From: Mobula hypostoma
Taxonomy: Eukaryota
Reading direction: 5' to 3'
Length of the DNA stretch: 64,000 nucleotides
Assembly (NCBI RefSeq): GCF_963921235.1
Contig: NC_086097.1
Span: 107,944,001 to 108,008,000 of the forward strand
Positions 26,056 through 39,209 of the stretch are shown one piece after another. The position numbers and the translations under genes are program-made. The stretch's first letter is position 1. Each line of letters begins with the position of its first letter. The notes beneath the pieces were generated by a model. It worked only from the letters and a program-made list of their open reading frames with translations, had not been told where the DNA came from and did not search any database.

Positions 26056-26814
26056 GAATCTTCAATGTGCCTTCTCTCTCTCTCTTCCTCTGTTTATTTC
26101 CAGTGATAACCCCATTCTTTCTCTTTTATATTAAAGCTTAGAGTGTTCCTGCATCTTTGAAGTTAAATACCAAACCTTCAATAGGAACTTTATAGCTCTA
26201 CCTTCGAGAATGCTCAGATTACCACTTCGGTGTCTAATGAGACTGACTCTTTTTAATTACCTTTACAAATATCATAAAACATATTAGAACTTTCCTCAGT
26301 TTTATATACCAACTTTTTCCATGCCCCTTACTGCTTGCCTAATTTCCTTTTAATTTACACCCTGTACCCTCAATCCTCCTCCAGACTTTCAGGGGTATGA
26401 AGTCCTTAGTATCTGTCAGCCCTGGGCACTCAGATTGGGAAATTCAACCTTTGCTTTAATGTGAATTCACTTGACTTGAAACTTTACCATCTTCATTTTA
26501 AAGGGATCTTGTCAGTACTGGAAAATAGTAACTGTGAGGAAAGACTGGATAGGTTTTGAGAATAGCGCAGTCTGTGGGAAAAGATAATTTTGCTCCATAA
26601 AATTATGAGATCTAGGTGAAGCAAATTAGATTTATTTCACATAGAAGAGATAACAAAGTGCAAAGTAAATTTATGATCAAAGTACATCTATGTTACCAAA
26701 TACTACCCTGAGATTCATTTTCCTGCAGGCATTTACAGGAAAATGAAGAAATACATCAGGATTTATGAAAGATTATACATAACAAAGACTGACAAACATT
26801 CAATGTGCAAATAA

Positions 26815-29800
26815 CATAAGAACATAAGGAATAGGAGCAGGAGTAGGCCATTCGGCCCATCGAGCCAGCCCTGCCATTCAATAAGATCATGGCTGATCTG
26901 TCCGTAAACTCAGCTCCATCTACCTGCCTTTTCCCCATAACCCTTAATTCCCCTACGATGTAAAAATCTATTTAATGGTATCTTAAATATATTTAGTGAA
27001 GAAGCCTCAACTGCTTCCCTGGGCAGAGAAATCCACAGATTCACCACTCTCTGGGAAAAACAATTTCTCCTCATCTCCATCCTAAATCTTCTCCCCTGAA
27101 TCTTCAGGCAACAACTTTCCTACTTCTATCTTATCTATCTCTTTCAAAATTTTGTATGTTTCTATAAGATCTCCTCTCATTCTTCTGAATTCCAGAGAGT
27201 ATAGTCCCAGGCGACTCAATCTCTCCTCACAGGTTAACCCCTTCATCTCTGGAATCAACCTTGTGAACCTCCTCTGCACTGCCTCCAAAGCCAGTATATC
27301 CTTCCTCAAGTATGGAGACCAGAACTGCACACAATACTCCAGGTGCAGCCTCACCAGTACCCTGTATAGTTGCAGCATGACCTCCCTGCTCTTGAATTCA
27401 TCCCTCTAGCAATGAAGGCCAACATTCCGTTTGCCTTCTTAATAACCTGTTGTACCTGCAAGCCAACTTTTTGCGATTCATGAACAAGCACTCCCAAGTC
27501 CCTCTGCACAACAGCATGCTGCAATCTTTCACCATTTAAATAATAATCTACTCTTCTATTATTCCTTCCAAAGTGGATGATCTCGCATTTACCAACGTTT
27601 GTATTCCATCTGCCAGACCTTGGCCCACTCACTAAACCTATCTATATCCCTCTGCAGACTCTCTCCACATCCTCTGTACAATTTGCTTTTCCACTCAGAT
27701 TAGTGTCATCAGCAAATTTTGCTACGCTACACTTCCAAATCATCAATATAAGTTGTAAACAGCACCAACCCCTGCGGCACTCCACTCACCACTGACCGCC
27801 AACCGGAGAAACACCCATTTATACCAACTCTCTGCCTTCTATTGGTTAACCAATCCACTATTCATGCCAATACACTTCCTCCGACTCCATGCATCCGAAT
27901 CTTATTTATAAGTCTCTTGTGCAGCACCTTATCAAACGCCTTCTGGAAGTCCAAGTATATGACATCCACCTGCTCCCTTCTATCCACTGCACTCATTATG
28001 TCCTCAAAGAACTCCAGTAAGTTTGTCAAACAGAACCTGCCCTTTCCGAATCCATGCTGCATCTGTCTAATGGAACCACTCCTTTCTAAATAGGGAGTAA
28101 AGGCCCACCAGTGCCTTTACTTCCTGAAAAAACTAAAGAAATTTGGCCTGTCCCCTAAAACCCTCACTAATTTTTATAGATGCACCGTAGAAAGCATTCT
28201 TCTAGAGTGTATCACAACCTGGTATGGAGGTTGTCCTGTCCAAGACTGAAAGAAGCTGCAGAAGATCGTGAACACGGCGCAGCACATCACACAAACCAAT
28301 CTTCCGTCCTTGGACTCACTTTACACCGCACGCTGTCGGAGCAGTGCTGCCAGGACACGACCCACCCAGCCAAGACATTTTTCGTCCCTCTTCCCTCCAG
28401 GAGAAGTCTCAGGTGCTTGAAGACTCGTACAGCCAGATTTTGGAACTGCTTCCTTCCAAATGTGATAAGACTGCTGAACAGATCCTGACCCGGATCTGGG
28501 CCATACCCTCCAAATATCCGGACCTGCCTCTCTGTTTTTTTGCATTACCTTACTTTCCATTTTTCTATTTTCTATTTATGATTCCTAATTTAAATTTTTA
28601 ATATTTACTAATTTTTACTATTTTTAGTATTTAATATTTGTAATCCAGAGAGCGGGAAGCACAGAATCAAATATCACTGTGATGATTGTACGTTCTAGTA
28701 TCAATTGTTTGGCGACAATAAAGTATAAAGTATAAAAGTAAAAATAAATGTTCCACTATTTCGTCCTTAATGACAGCTTCAAGCATTTTCCCGACTACAG
28801 GTGTTAAGCTAACTGGCCCATCTTTTGTCTACATCCTTTTTTAAAAAGTATCATGACATTTGGTGTCTTCCAATCTGCCGGGACCTGCCCAGAGTCCAGA
28901 GAACATTGGTAAATGATTACCAACACGTCTACTATAACCTCCACCAATTCCCTCAGCACCCTGGGATGCATCCCATCAGGACCAGGGGACTTATCTACCT
29001 TCAGGCCCTCTAGTTTGCTCATCCCCATCTCTTTAGTGACAGTGATTTTATCAAGGTCCTCACCTCCCATTTCGTCCATAACATCATTCTTTGGCATATT
29101 AGACGTGTCCTCCACCGTGAAGACCGACACAAAATAGTCATTCAATGTCTCAGACATTTCCTTATCACCCAGTATCAATTTCCCTTTCCCGTCTTCCAAG
29201 GGACCTATGTTGACTTGAGCCACCCTCTTCCGCTTCATATATTTATAAAAACTTTTGCTAACTGATTTACATTTTGTGCTCATTTAGTTTCATACTCTAT
29301 CTTCCCTTTCCTTATTTCTTGTTTAGTTGTTCTTTGTTGCTTTTTAAAGTTTTCCAACCCTCCAGTCTCCCACTATTCTTTGCGACTTTGTACATGAGCT
29401 TTTAATTTGATACGACCTTTTATTTCCTTAGTTATCCAAGGCTGGCTCTCCCCACACTTACTGTCCTTACTTTTGACAGGAATATATTTTTGTTAAGCAC
29501 TGTGAAAAATCTCTTCAAAGTATTCCACTGTTCCTCAACTGTCCTACTGAATAGGCTGTGCTCCCAATCCACATTAAATCATACTATGATCACTCTTTCC
29601 AAGAGAATCCCTGACAACAAGATCATTAATCTAATCTGTCTCATTGCACAGGACTAGATCTAAGATAGTATTTTTCCTTGTAGGTTCACTAACACGCTGC
29701 TCAAGAAAGCCATCACGGATGCATTCTATGAAGTCCTCCTCAAGACTTCCTTGACCAACCTGATTCACCTAATCTATGTGGAAGTTAAAATCCCCCATGA

Positions 29801-30940
29801 CAACTGCTGTTCCATTCTTACAAGCCTCAGTTATCTCTTGGTAAATCGCCTCTGCCACTGCAATATTTTTGTTAGGTGGCCTACGGACAACTCCCACCAG
29901 AGATTTTTTTCCCTTTATTCTTAATCTCTACCCAGATGGACTCAACATTCTGCTCCATAGATCTGATATCACCTCTCGCAATCGCCCTGAACGCATTCTT
30001 AATTAAGAATGTTACCCAACCTCATTTGCCTTCCTGCCTATCTTTCCGTGTTACCTGATACCCTTTGATATTTAATTCCCAGCCATCTCCGCCACTGCAA
30101 CCAGGTTTCTGTAACGGTCACTAAATCATATGCCTTGATACTGATCTGTGCCACAAGTTCACTGACCTTGTTTCTAATTCTACGGGCATTCAGATAAAGT
30201 TCCCTTATACTCATTGTCCTTTTAGAGTCTAGTGACCTAAGCGATTTTTGCTTTTTACTTTTATGCACTCTACTCTTACTTTTTCTTCACTAACTCTAGC
30301 TAAGGTCTCTGCATCACTTCCTCCTTCTTTTCTGTGTGGGTTCCCATCCCCTACCATATTAGTTTAAAACTTCCCCAACAGCACTAGCAAACAATCTCCC
30401 TAGGACATTGATCCTGGCCCTGCCCAGATGTAAACCATCCGGACGGTACTGGTCCCACCTCCCCCAGAAGCAGTTCCAATGCTCCAAGAATCTAAAACCC
30501 TCCCTCCTGCACCTCTGCTCAAGCCACATACACTATTCATTCTAGCTATCCTGCTATTCCAACTCTGGCTAGCACATGGCACCTGTAATAATCCTGTGAT
30601 TATTACCTTTGAGGTCCTACTCTTTAATTTATCTCCTAGCTCCCTAAATTCAGCTTGTAGGACCTCATCCTGCTTTCTTCCTATAACGTTAGTACCTATA
30701 TGCACCATGACAGTTGGCTCCTCACCCTCTCCTTTCAGAATGTCCTGCAGCCTCTCTGAGACATCTCTGACCCTTGCACCCAGGAGACAACACACTATAC
30801 GGGAGTCCCATTTGCGGCCACAGAAGCTCCTCTCTATTCCCCTTACCATGGAATCCCCTATCACAACAGCTCCGTCACTCTTTTTCTTGCCCTCTTGCAC
30901 AGCAGAGCCACCCACGGTGCCATGATCCTGGCTACTACTG
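26815..30940 (-). mobile_element. CR1 LINE (part of ORF1 plus ORF2), degraded and interrupted at 28092-28744
   Basis: ORF1 esterase (VVIGDSMVRG, HIGTN); ORF2 pieces LYLNARRIRNK, KSPGPDGMHP, YLDFQKAFDKV, YCVQFWSPY; (cttatgtt)n tail. Confidence 0.92.
28092..28744 (+). mobile_element. Rex1-type LINE 3' fragment nested in the CR1
   Basis: FYRCTVESIL and RFWNCFLPNVIRLLN; tail aataaagtataaagtataaaagta; 5-bp TSD TAAAT at 28087-28091 and 28745-28749. Confidence 0.88.
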
Positions 30941-31236
30941 CAAATAATAAGTTTTAAATAAATAAATACTGAGAACATGAATTGTAAAGACCTTGAAAGT
31001 GAGTCCATAGGCTTTGTACTCCCTGCCCTGTTGTAGTAGTGAGAAGGCAGCATGGGCTGGATGATGGGGTCCTGGATGATAGATGCTGCCTTCTTGTGGC
31101 TGCACGCCAGGTAAGCATGCTCAGTGATGGAGAGGGCTTTACCTGTGAGCTGTATCCATCACTTTTTGTAGACTTTTCTATTCCTTGGCATTGGTGCTTC
31201 CATACCTATAATTTCCGACTCTGAATGTACGTGCTA

Positions 31237-32069
31237 TGTTACGTACCCCGTAATTGGGTTGCCAAACCAGCAGAAATGGACCACTTAGTTGAAGTATGGA
31301 TTACTGGAACTAAGAAAGTTTTATTAAAGAAATAAGTAACACAGTACTCTAATCAAAAGAATATAAATGCCACAGGTTAGCAATGGTAAAACACACAAGT
31401 ACACAGAACTAGGATAATAGGAATCAATCAAGCTCTATCGCAGTCTAGGGGTAAAATGATCAGTCTCAAGTGACGCAGAGTTCAGTTCAGCTTAGTACAG
31501 TTTGCAATAATCGCTGTGTGCCGTTGGAGAGGGAGAGAGCGAATATGCAAATTTCCTGATTCAAAACAGACCTTTGATGTTCCTCGCAGTTAGCTTTCGG
31601 GCGAGCCCTTTTACTGTCTTCTGAGGTCACCGACTGTGACCCCTCCGTTCCGGATACGATCGTCCTTCCGCGGTGAACCTGGCACCCAAGCAAGGGCGGA
31701 CACACACACCAGGTTCCCGCCAATCGTACCTTTTCACCCTGTGCGTGATGGTCGGTCCCGCATTAAACCTCCAAAACTCCCACCAACTTGTGGGGGCACA
31801 CTGCACTTCCAGGGTCTCGCTATCTCGTGATCTCATGGTGTCTGTCTTGCCTTAGCGAACCTGTTCCTTTTATCCCCCTGCTGGGGTATCGCCTGTCCAT
31901 CAAATTTCAAACAATTCAGGTTCAAAGCAACCGGTCTGACAATACTCGGAACTGTGTCTCTTTTCGTTAATCTCTCTCGTCTCTCATTAACATTTCCGAA
32001 TGCTGCTCCATTGTCTCACTTATCTCTTTCATTAGCATCAATCTTCTGATAACTTGGTCTTTCGTCACA
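31237..32069 (-). mobile_element. Solo LTR (833 bp)
   Basis: TGTTACG...CGTCACA ends, 4-bp TSD GCTA (31233-31236, 32070-32073), AATAAA on the minus strand near 31320, and no internal coding region. Confidence 0.92.
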
Positions 32070-32618
32070 GCTACCAGTAAGCAATCTTTGTTTTACACTT
32101 GTTCATCACACATATGTACTGATGCAGCCATACAGTATGTTACTTTCATCAGCAACTATTTTGGAAAACTCATTAATGAATTTCTCTGTTGCTTCATGAT
32201 CAGCAGACACTATCATGACAATTTTTTAAAAATTTAATGACATGCTTTTTCTTAAATTACTACAATCAGCATGCTGAATATTCACAATTATCTTCAATTT
32301 TCAGTTTGTCATTGTAGATCTTTGCTTGCTTCAAGATCAACATGACATTGAGTAGCATATGTTCAATTCGACACTGACAAATCCACTCTTTCAATACACA
32401 GTCAAGATCTTCATTTTACGCTTTATGGAGTGTTTTTCTATTTTTCATTAACTTCTGTTGATTATATGTGTGAGGTCACTTCTCAGAGCTATCTGTGATG
32501 TGCAGAAACTTGTGCATCGCCTGGAAACCCTCTGAGAACCTTGTAGAGTTCTCCATTTGTGGTGTCATGTTAGCGCTCAAAAATATTTCAGATTTTGGAA
32601 CTGCGGATAAGGGGTACT

Positions 32619-32960
32619 TTCAGTACTCTGGATGAACTCAGCAGGTCGGGCAGCATCAGTTAGAAACGATGAGTCGATGTTTCGGGCCAGAACCCTTCGT
32701 CAGGACTGAAGAATGAAAGATGGGGAAGGATTTGAAGAATGCTTGTAGCTTCAGTTGAGTCAGGATGTGGTCGAAGAGTCAGAGAGAGGCGGAAATCACA
32801 GAGGGGGAGCAGTGAGAGAGGGTCTCACTGAACTCCCATCGAAGAGAGGATCTAAACTTCTTCAGGGTAGACATACCTCGAAGAGACTTCGCAGCGGAGT
32901 AATGAATCGTAAACACAAAATAATCTGCAGATGCTGTGATCAAAGTAACACTTTCAGTAT
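32619..32960 (-). mobile_element. Short Penelope-type terminal-repeat insertion within the end of a Tc1/Tigger-like MITE
   Basis: 14-bp direct repeat GGATAAGGGGTACT at 32605-32618 and 32961-32974. The insert carries the Penelope terminus motif, and the host ends ...tactcaacctgTA. Confidence 0.75.
32672..32707 (-). ncRNA. Minimal type I hammerhead ribozyme motif (best-preserved copy)
   Basis: Minus strand reads agtc CTGACGA a gggttctggccc GAAA c ATC gact: helix I agtc/gact, intact core boxes, helix II and an NUH triplet. Confidence 0.6.
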
Positions 32961-33574
32961 GGATAAGGGGTACTCAACCTGTAGAAGATGAAAGAGGAGA
33001 TGGGGAAATATCTCTTTTATCTGGAGGTGATAAAGGTCTGGAACTCTGCCTGAGAAGGTGGTCAAGTCAGAAATCCTTAATACACATAAACACCATTGGA
33101 ACATATACTTAAAGAGCTATGTTTGAATAGCTATGGCTTGGTGTTGAAAGCTGGAAAGATTGTGTAGCTCTTTGACTAGCACATCATAAATTTTCTGATT
33201 GAATGATTCCCGCTTGGATGCCTCTCACTGCTCTAACACTGATTTACATCCAACTGGCTCTTTCCAGCTGTTTCAACAATTGACTTATCCCAATTTAGAA
33301 CATTTACACCTGGTCTTTGTCCTTTCCCATAAGTAGGTTAAATTTATCTGAATGGTGACAGTGCCCACGAAAAATTCCCACTGGAATCCACCCAACTTGA
33401 CCAGATTCATCCTTCCTCTCTTGTTTGTTGTTTGCTCTGCACACTGAACAGTGCCACTGCTCTAGTTTATATTAAGGTAGTTGAATTACTCCATCTTCGC
33501 TGACTGATCATTTTGTTTCCTTCTAAGTGGCCCACAGTACAGATTTAACAATGCAATTGCTCCTTTGATCCTCA

Positions 33575-36500
33575 GTTCAAATTCAGATTATTGTCATCCA
33601 ACCGTACACATGTATCCCACCAAATGTAACAAGGTTTTCCTGACCAAGATGCACAAAACAGTACATGTAACTCACACAGATTACACACAAGGTAATAATA
33701 CCACAAATACATTATCAAATAATAAGCAGCATTTACAACACATTAAAAAGTAAACAGTAAAACTCTACTGGCACTTCATATGTGATGAGGCAAGGGCTTC
33801 AGTAGTCTTATGGCCTGGGGCAACAAGCTGTTTCCCATCCAAACAGTCTATGTCCTAATCCTGTGGTACTTCCTGATTAATGGTAGGGAGGCAAAGAGAT
33901 TGCTGAATGGATGGTAGGGATCCTTGTCAATGCTAAGGGCCCTGTGTATGCAATGCTCCTGATAAATATCTCGGATGGGTGGACCCCGATGATGCACTCA
34001 GCAGTCCCCATAAACCTTTGCAGTGATTTACAGTCAAGTGCCTTGCAATTTATACACCGGATGGTGATACAGCTGTTCAGGACACTCTGGGCAGTGATCG
34101 TGTAAAAACTGGTTAATATTGGGGGAGGGGAGTTTGTGGGATCCTCACTCACCTCAATCTCCTCAGAAAGTGGAAACACTGCTGTGCTTTCTTCACTAAA
34201 GATGTGGTGTTGAGAGAACAGGTGATATCATCCATTATGTCTACTTCCAAAAACTTGGTGCTCCTATCTCTCTCCACAGAGGAGCTGTGTATGTGCAGGA
34301 CTAGTCAGCATGCACATTCCTGAAGTTAACAATCATCTCTTCGGTCTTGTCTACATTGAAACCCAACCTGTGTTTGCACTGTTCTACCAACCACTCTTCC
34401 TCCTCTCTGTGTGTCATCTCGTTGTCGCTGCTGACGAGACCAACCACTGTTATGTCAGCAGTGAACTTGATGACTCAGTCTGAACTGGATCTAGCAGTGC
34501 AGTCATGTGTCAGTAGCATGAACAGCAGTGGGTGGAGCGCCAGTGCCCAGCGTTTCTGCCAACACGGACTGACCTGGGCCTTTCTGTCAAGAAGTCCAGG
34601 ATCCAGTTACAGAGCGAGGTGTTGAGACCCAGTGAGGACAGTTTACCCACCAGCTTCTGAGGTATGATCATATCAAATGCTGAGCTGAAGTTGAAAAACA
34701 GCATCCTGGCGTATGAGGCACCATTTTCCTGATGGGACAGGATGGAGTGAAGAGGTTATGGCATCAACAGTGAACTGATTTGAGTGATAAGCAAACTGGA
34801 AAGGGTCCAATGAAGCAGAAGGATGGGATTTAATGTGGAGTACCTCACCATGTCTTCAACCTGAGCCTGAGTCTCTAAAGGGTTCCTGTGCTGTGGAAGA
34901 CGTCCTGCCTCGTCCCTGTACCGAAGACGCCGTGCCCCAGTGGCCTCAATGACTACAGACTGGTGGCATTCACCTCCCACATCATGAAGACCCAGGAGAG
35001 ACTTGTTCTGGAGCTGCTCCAGCCTATGGTTAGGTCACACTTAGATCCCCTCCAGTTCGCCTACCAGCCCCGACGGAGTTGAGGATGCCATCGTCTACCT
35101 GCTGAACCGTGTCTACGCCCACCTGGACAAGCCAGCGAGCACTGTGAGGGTCATGATTTTGACTTCTCCAGTGCGTTCAACACCATCCACCCTGCTCTGC
35201 TGGGGGAGAAGCTGACAGCGATACAGGTGGATGCTTTCCTGGTGTCATGGATTCTTGATTACTTGACTGGCAGACCACAGTACGTGTGCTTGCAACACTG
35301 TGTGTCCGACAAAGTGATCAGCAGCACTGGGGCTCCACAGGGGACTGTCTTGTCTCCTTTCTCTTCACCATTTACACCTCGGACTTCAACTACTGCACAG
35401 AGTCTTGTCATCTTCCCAAGTTTTCTGATGACTCTGCCATAGTTGGATGCATCAGCAAGGGAGATGAGGCTGAGTACAGGGCTACGGTAGGAAACTTTGT
35501 CACATGGTGTGAGCAGAATTATCTGCAGCTTAATGTGAAAAAGACTAAGGAGCTGGTGGTAGACCTGAGGAGGGCTAAGGCACCAGTGACCCCCGTTTCC
35601 ATCGAGGGGATCAGTGTGGACATGGAGGAGGATTACAAATACCTGGGGATACGAATTGACAATAAACTGGACTGGTCAAAGAACACTGAGGCTGTCTACA
35701 AGAAGGGTCAGAGCTGTCTCTATTTCCTGAGGAAACTGAGGTCCTTTAACATCTGTCGAACGATGCTGAGGATGTTCTACGAGTCTGTGGTGGCCAGTGC
35801 TATCATGTTTGCTGTTGTGTGCTGAGGATAGCAGACACCAACAGAATCAACAAACTCATTCGTAAGGCCAGTGATGTTGTGGGGATGGAACTGGACTCTC
35901 TCACGGTGGTGTCTGAAAAGAGGATGCTGTCCAAGTTGCATGCCATCTTGGACAATGTCTCCCATCCACTACATAATGTACTGGTTGGGCACAGGAGTAC
36001 ATTCAGCCAGAGACACATTCCACCGAGATGCAACACTGAGCATCATAGGAAGTCATTCCTGCCTGTGGCCATGAAACTTTACAACTCCTCCCTTGGAGGG
36101 TCAGACACCCTGAGCCAATAGGCTGATCCTGGACTTATTTCCTGGCATAATTTACATATTATTATTTAATTATTTATGACTTAATTATTTATGGTGCAAC
36201 TGTAATGAAAACCAATTTCCCTCGGGATCAGTGAAGTATGACTATGACTAACCAGCCACTCAAAGCACTTCAATATTGTTAGTGGATGGTAGTCCACGAG
36301 GCAGGTTCCTGTCACCCTCGTGGGCACCTTGAAGCCTGAGGGGACAGTGGTCTGTTCCAGAGAGATGTTGAAAATGTCTATTAGAACTCCAGTTAACTTG
36401 ATTGCACAGTCCTTCAGCACCCAATCAGGCTCAACGGCTTTACGTGGGATGACCCTGACAAGTGTTTTTCTCACATCTCTGCTGCTGCCAGACGGCTGTA

Positions 36501-37360
36501 AACTTTCAGTGACCATTCCCATTTTGCCTTCCTGATAGCGTAGCTCTTATTAACCTGGGCGCTGTCACATTCCCCAATTTGAAGGCAACATTCCATTCTC
36601 TCAGCCATGACTTCTGATTTGCCCTCACAGAGGTGTTTAACAACGGTGACGTCCTCAGTGCACTTCTCTATGTAACCAGTCACAGATCTCACATATTCAT
36701 CGATGTTCAAAAACAAGAGGAAATCTGCAGATGCTGGAAATCCAAACAACACACACAAAATGCTGGAGGAACTCCATTGATGTTAATGTGATGGTCGTAG
36801 GTAGCCACATCCCTGAATATGCTCCAGTCTGTGTTTTCAAAACAGTTCTGTAATAGTGAGGTAGCTTCTTCTGGCCAGGTCCTTCTCTCCCTTTAAACTG
36901 GTTTGACTCATTTAATCAGTGGTAGGTACTCAAGAATTAGCATAACAGGTAAGTGACTGGAGAAGTCAAGGTGGGGGTAAGAAGCACCAAGGATGTTGGC
37001 ATAAACCAAGTCTAATATGTTCTCGCCTCTGTGATCAAAGTCAACATACTGACAGAATCTAGGCAGGTCTGCTTTTAAGTTAGGATGGTTGAAGTCGCAA
37101 GCAACAATAAAGAAACCATCAGGGTGTGAGGTTTACAGGTCAGTGATGGCACAGTAGGGCTCACACAGCACTTCCCCAGCATGAGCACAGGGCACGGGAA
37201 GGGGTGGGAGGGGAATGTATACAATCACAACCACTGTAGCAATGAACTCCCTCAGTAAATAGAAGGGCCTGCATTTCACCGTTAAGAACTCTAGAAGGAG
37301 CAAACAGTACGTTGTTACTACCAAATTGTTTACACGCCAGATCTTATTAACGTACACCAT
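33575..37360 (-). mobile_element. Old Rex1-type LINE, interrupted at about 34833-36250
   Basis: Endonuclease remnants (VKCRPFYLLREF, VYIP) and RT remnants ([43 protein letters not shown]); 3' tail near 33577. Confidence 0.85.
34833..36250 (+). mobile_element. Rex1/Babar-type LINE (young family, copy 3), nested antisense in the older Rex1
   Basis: WKTSCLVPVPK, NDYRLVAFTS, LDPLQFAYQP, GAPQGTVLSP, KFSDD with frameshifts; (tatgac)n tail. Confidence 0.93.
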
Positions 37361-37420
37361 ATGACTCATTTATTGACCTTTCTAGCACTTTAACACCCTG
37401 CTGCTACCCATTACACTGTA

Positions 37421-38941
37421 TAGTACCTTGGAAAAGTACTCAGCCCCTACAACTATGGTCACATTTTACTGTCTCATTTTCTACATTTAAAATATATTGA
37501 AGTAGGATTTTTAAGCTGACCTACAAAACATTGTGGATTATGTCAAATCAAAAGAAAAATTCCAAAACCTGACAGCAATTTACTAAAAATTAAAAACCAA
37601 AGTTGTGAGGCTAAAAAAGTATTCATCCCCTTTGTAATTACTATGCTAACTTTCTTCAGATGCAATACTGAATATTAACTGACCAATTTGCTGATGTAGA
37701 AAATGAATTCTTAAGAATAAATACACCCTCTCTCTGTAAGGTCCAGTAATATGGTAGATTTTCAACAGACCAAACCAAAATGAAGACAAAAGAGCATTCA
37801 AGGTAAATCAGAGAAATGGTAATAGAGAGATACAAATCCGGGGAAAGATACAAGACCATCTCAAAGCACTGAACACACCTCGGAGCTCAGTTCAGTCCAT
37901 CTTGAAAAAGTGGAAAAATATGAAACCACAGCCACACTGACTACATCAGGCCACCCCTCTGATCTTGGTCGCCAGAGAAGAATGGCTCTTATAAGAGAGG
38001 CTAGTGTAACACCAACAGTAACTCTGAGTTGCAGAAGCAACTAGAGATGAATGAAGTTCAAGGCTCCACAATCTCTGTGGCCTTACACAAAAAAGGGATC
38101 TATGGAAGAGTGGCAAAGTAAAAGCCCGGACTAAAAAAAACATATAATTGCCCATAAAGACTTTGCAAAGCATCACTTAGAAGATACTGTAAAGATGTGG
38201 AAGAAGGTCTTGTGGTCGGATGAAACTAAAGTGGAACGTTTTTGGCTTCAACGCTAAATGGTACATGCTGTGCATCAGACAGGTAACACCATCCTCACTG
38301 TAAAGGATGGTGGCGGGAGCATCATGCAATGGGGATGCTTTTCAGCAGCAGAGTCAAGAAACCTGGTCACGATTGATGGGAAGATGAATGCTGCTAAATA
38401 CAGAGAGATCCTGGATTAAAAACCTTCTACCCTCTGCCAGAAAGTTTAATCTGGGGAGGAAGTTCATCTTTCAGCAGGACAATGACCCAAAGTACACTGA
38501 CAGAGCACCCATGGAGAGGCTTCAAATGAGAAAAATTGATGTCCTTGAGTGGCCCAGTCAGAACCCTGACCTTAACCCGATCAAACATCTCTGGCAAAAC
38601 CTCAAGATTACTGTCCACCATCTCCCTAACTAACCTGGCACAGCTTGAGCAATTTTGCAAGGAGGAATGGGCAAATTTTGCTCCATCACATTGTACAAAG
38701 CTAATAGAGACTTATCCAAAAAGAATACTGGCTGTAATAGCTGTGAGAGTACTGAGGTAAAGGGGGAATGAATACTTTTGAACTGCTGACATTTCAGTTT
38801 TTGTATTTTTAGTTTATCATGCTTTACAATTTTCCCTATTTTTTGGGCTCCACATTGAAAAAGGAGCACATGATTCAGAAATTAAAATTCTCAGTTAAAT
38901 TGATCAAAATCCCTGGTTATACTCTCATTTACAAGGTTCTG
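37421..38941 (+). mobile_element. Tc1-family DNA transposon of IR/DR type with a decayed transposase
   Basis: TA flanks. Imperfect TIRs tagtaccttggaaa and tttacaaggttctg; inner repeats aaaagtattcatcccctt (about 37615) and aagggggaatgaatactttt (about 38760). Motifs VLWSDETKVE, FQQDNDPKYT, LEWPSQNPDLNPIKHLW. Confidence 0.92.
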
Positions 38942-39209
38942 TACATCCTGTCTGAATGCCAACCCCATGGCACCCCCACCCAAACTCCTGGACACACTCT
39001 CATCCTGGTCCAGCCACTTTTCATCTTTTATTGCTGCTGTTACACATAGTTATATGACTGCTTGTTTTATTATAATAGTGCCAGAAACATTCTACTGTCC
39101 CACATAAACATGCACCTCACGCTTTACGTCAACATGTCAAACCTCAGGCCATGCCACTCAGGGACCCGTGTTAATCTTATCTTTACAACTATAAAAGACT
39201 GTTTACAAG

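Noticed and set aside
25644..26141. 165-aa Pro/Ser/Phe-rich ORF, and similar ORFs at 44491-44905 and 54526-54879
   Set aside because: Translations of low-complexity pyrimidine- or purine-rich Penelope UTRs.
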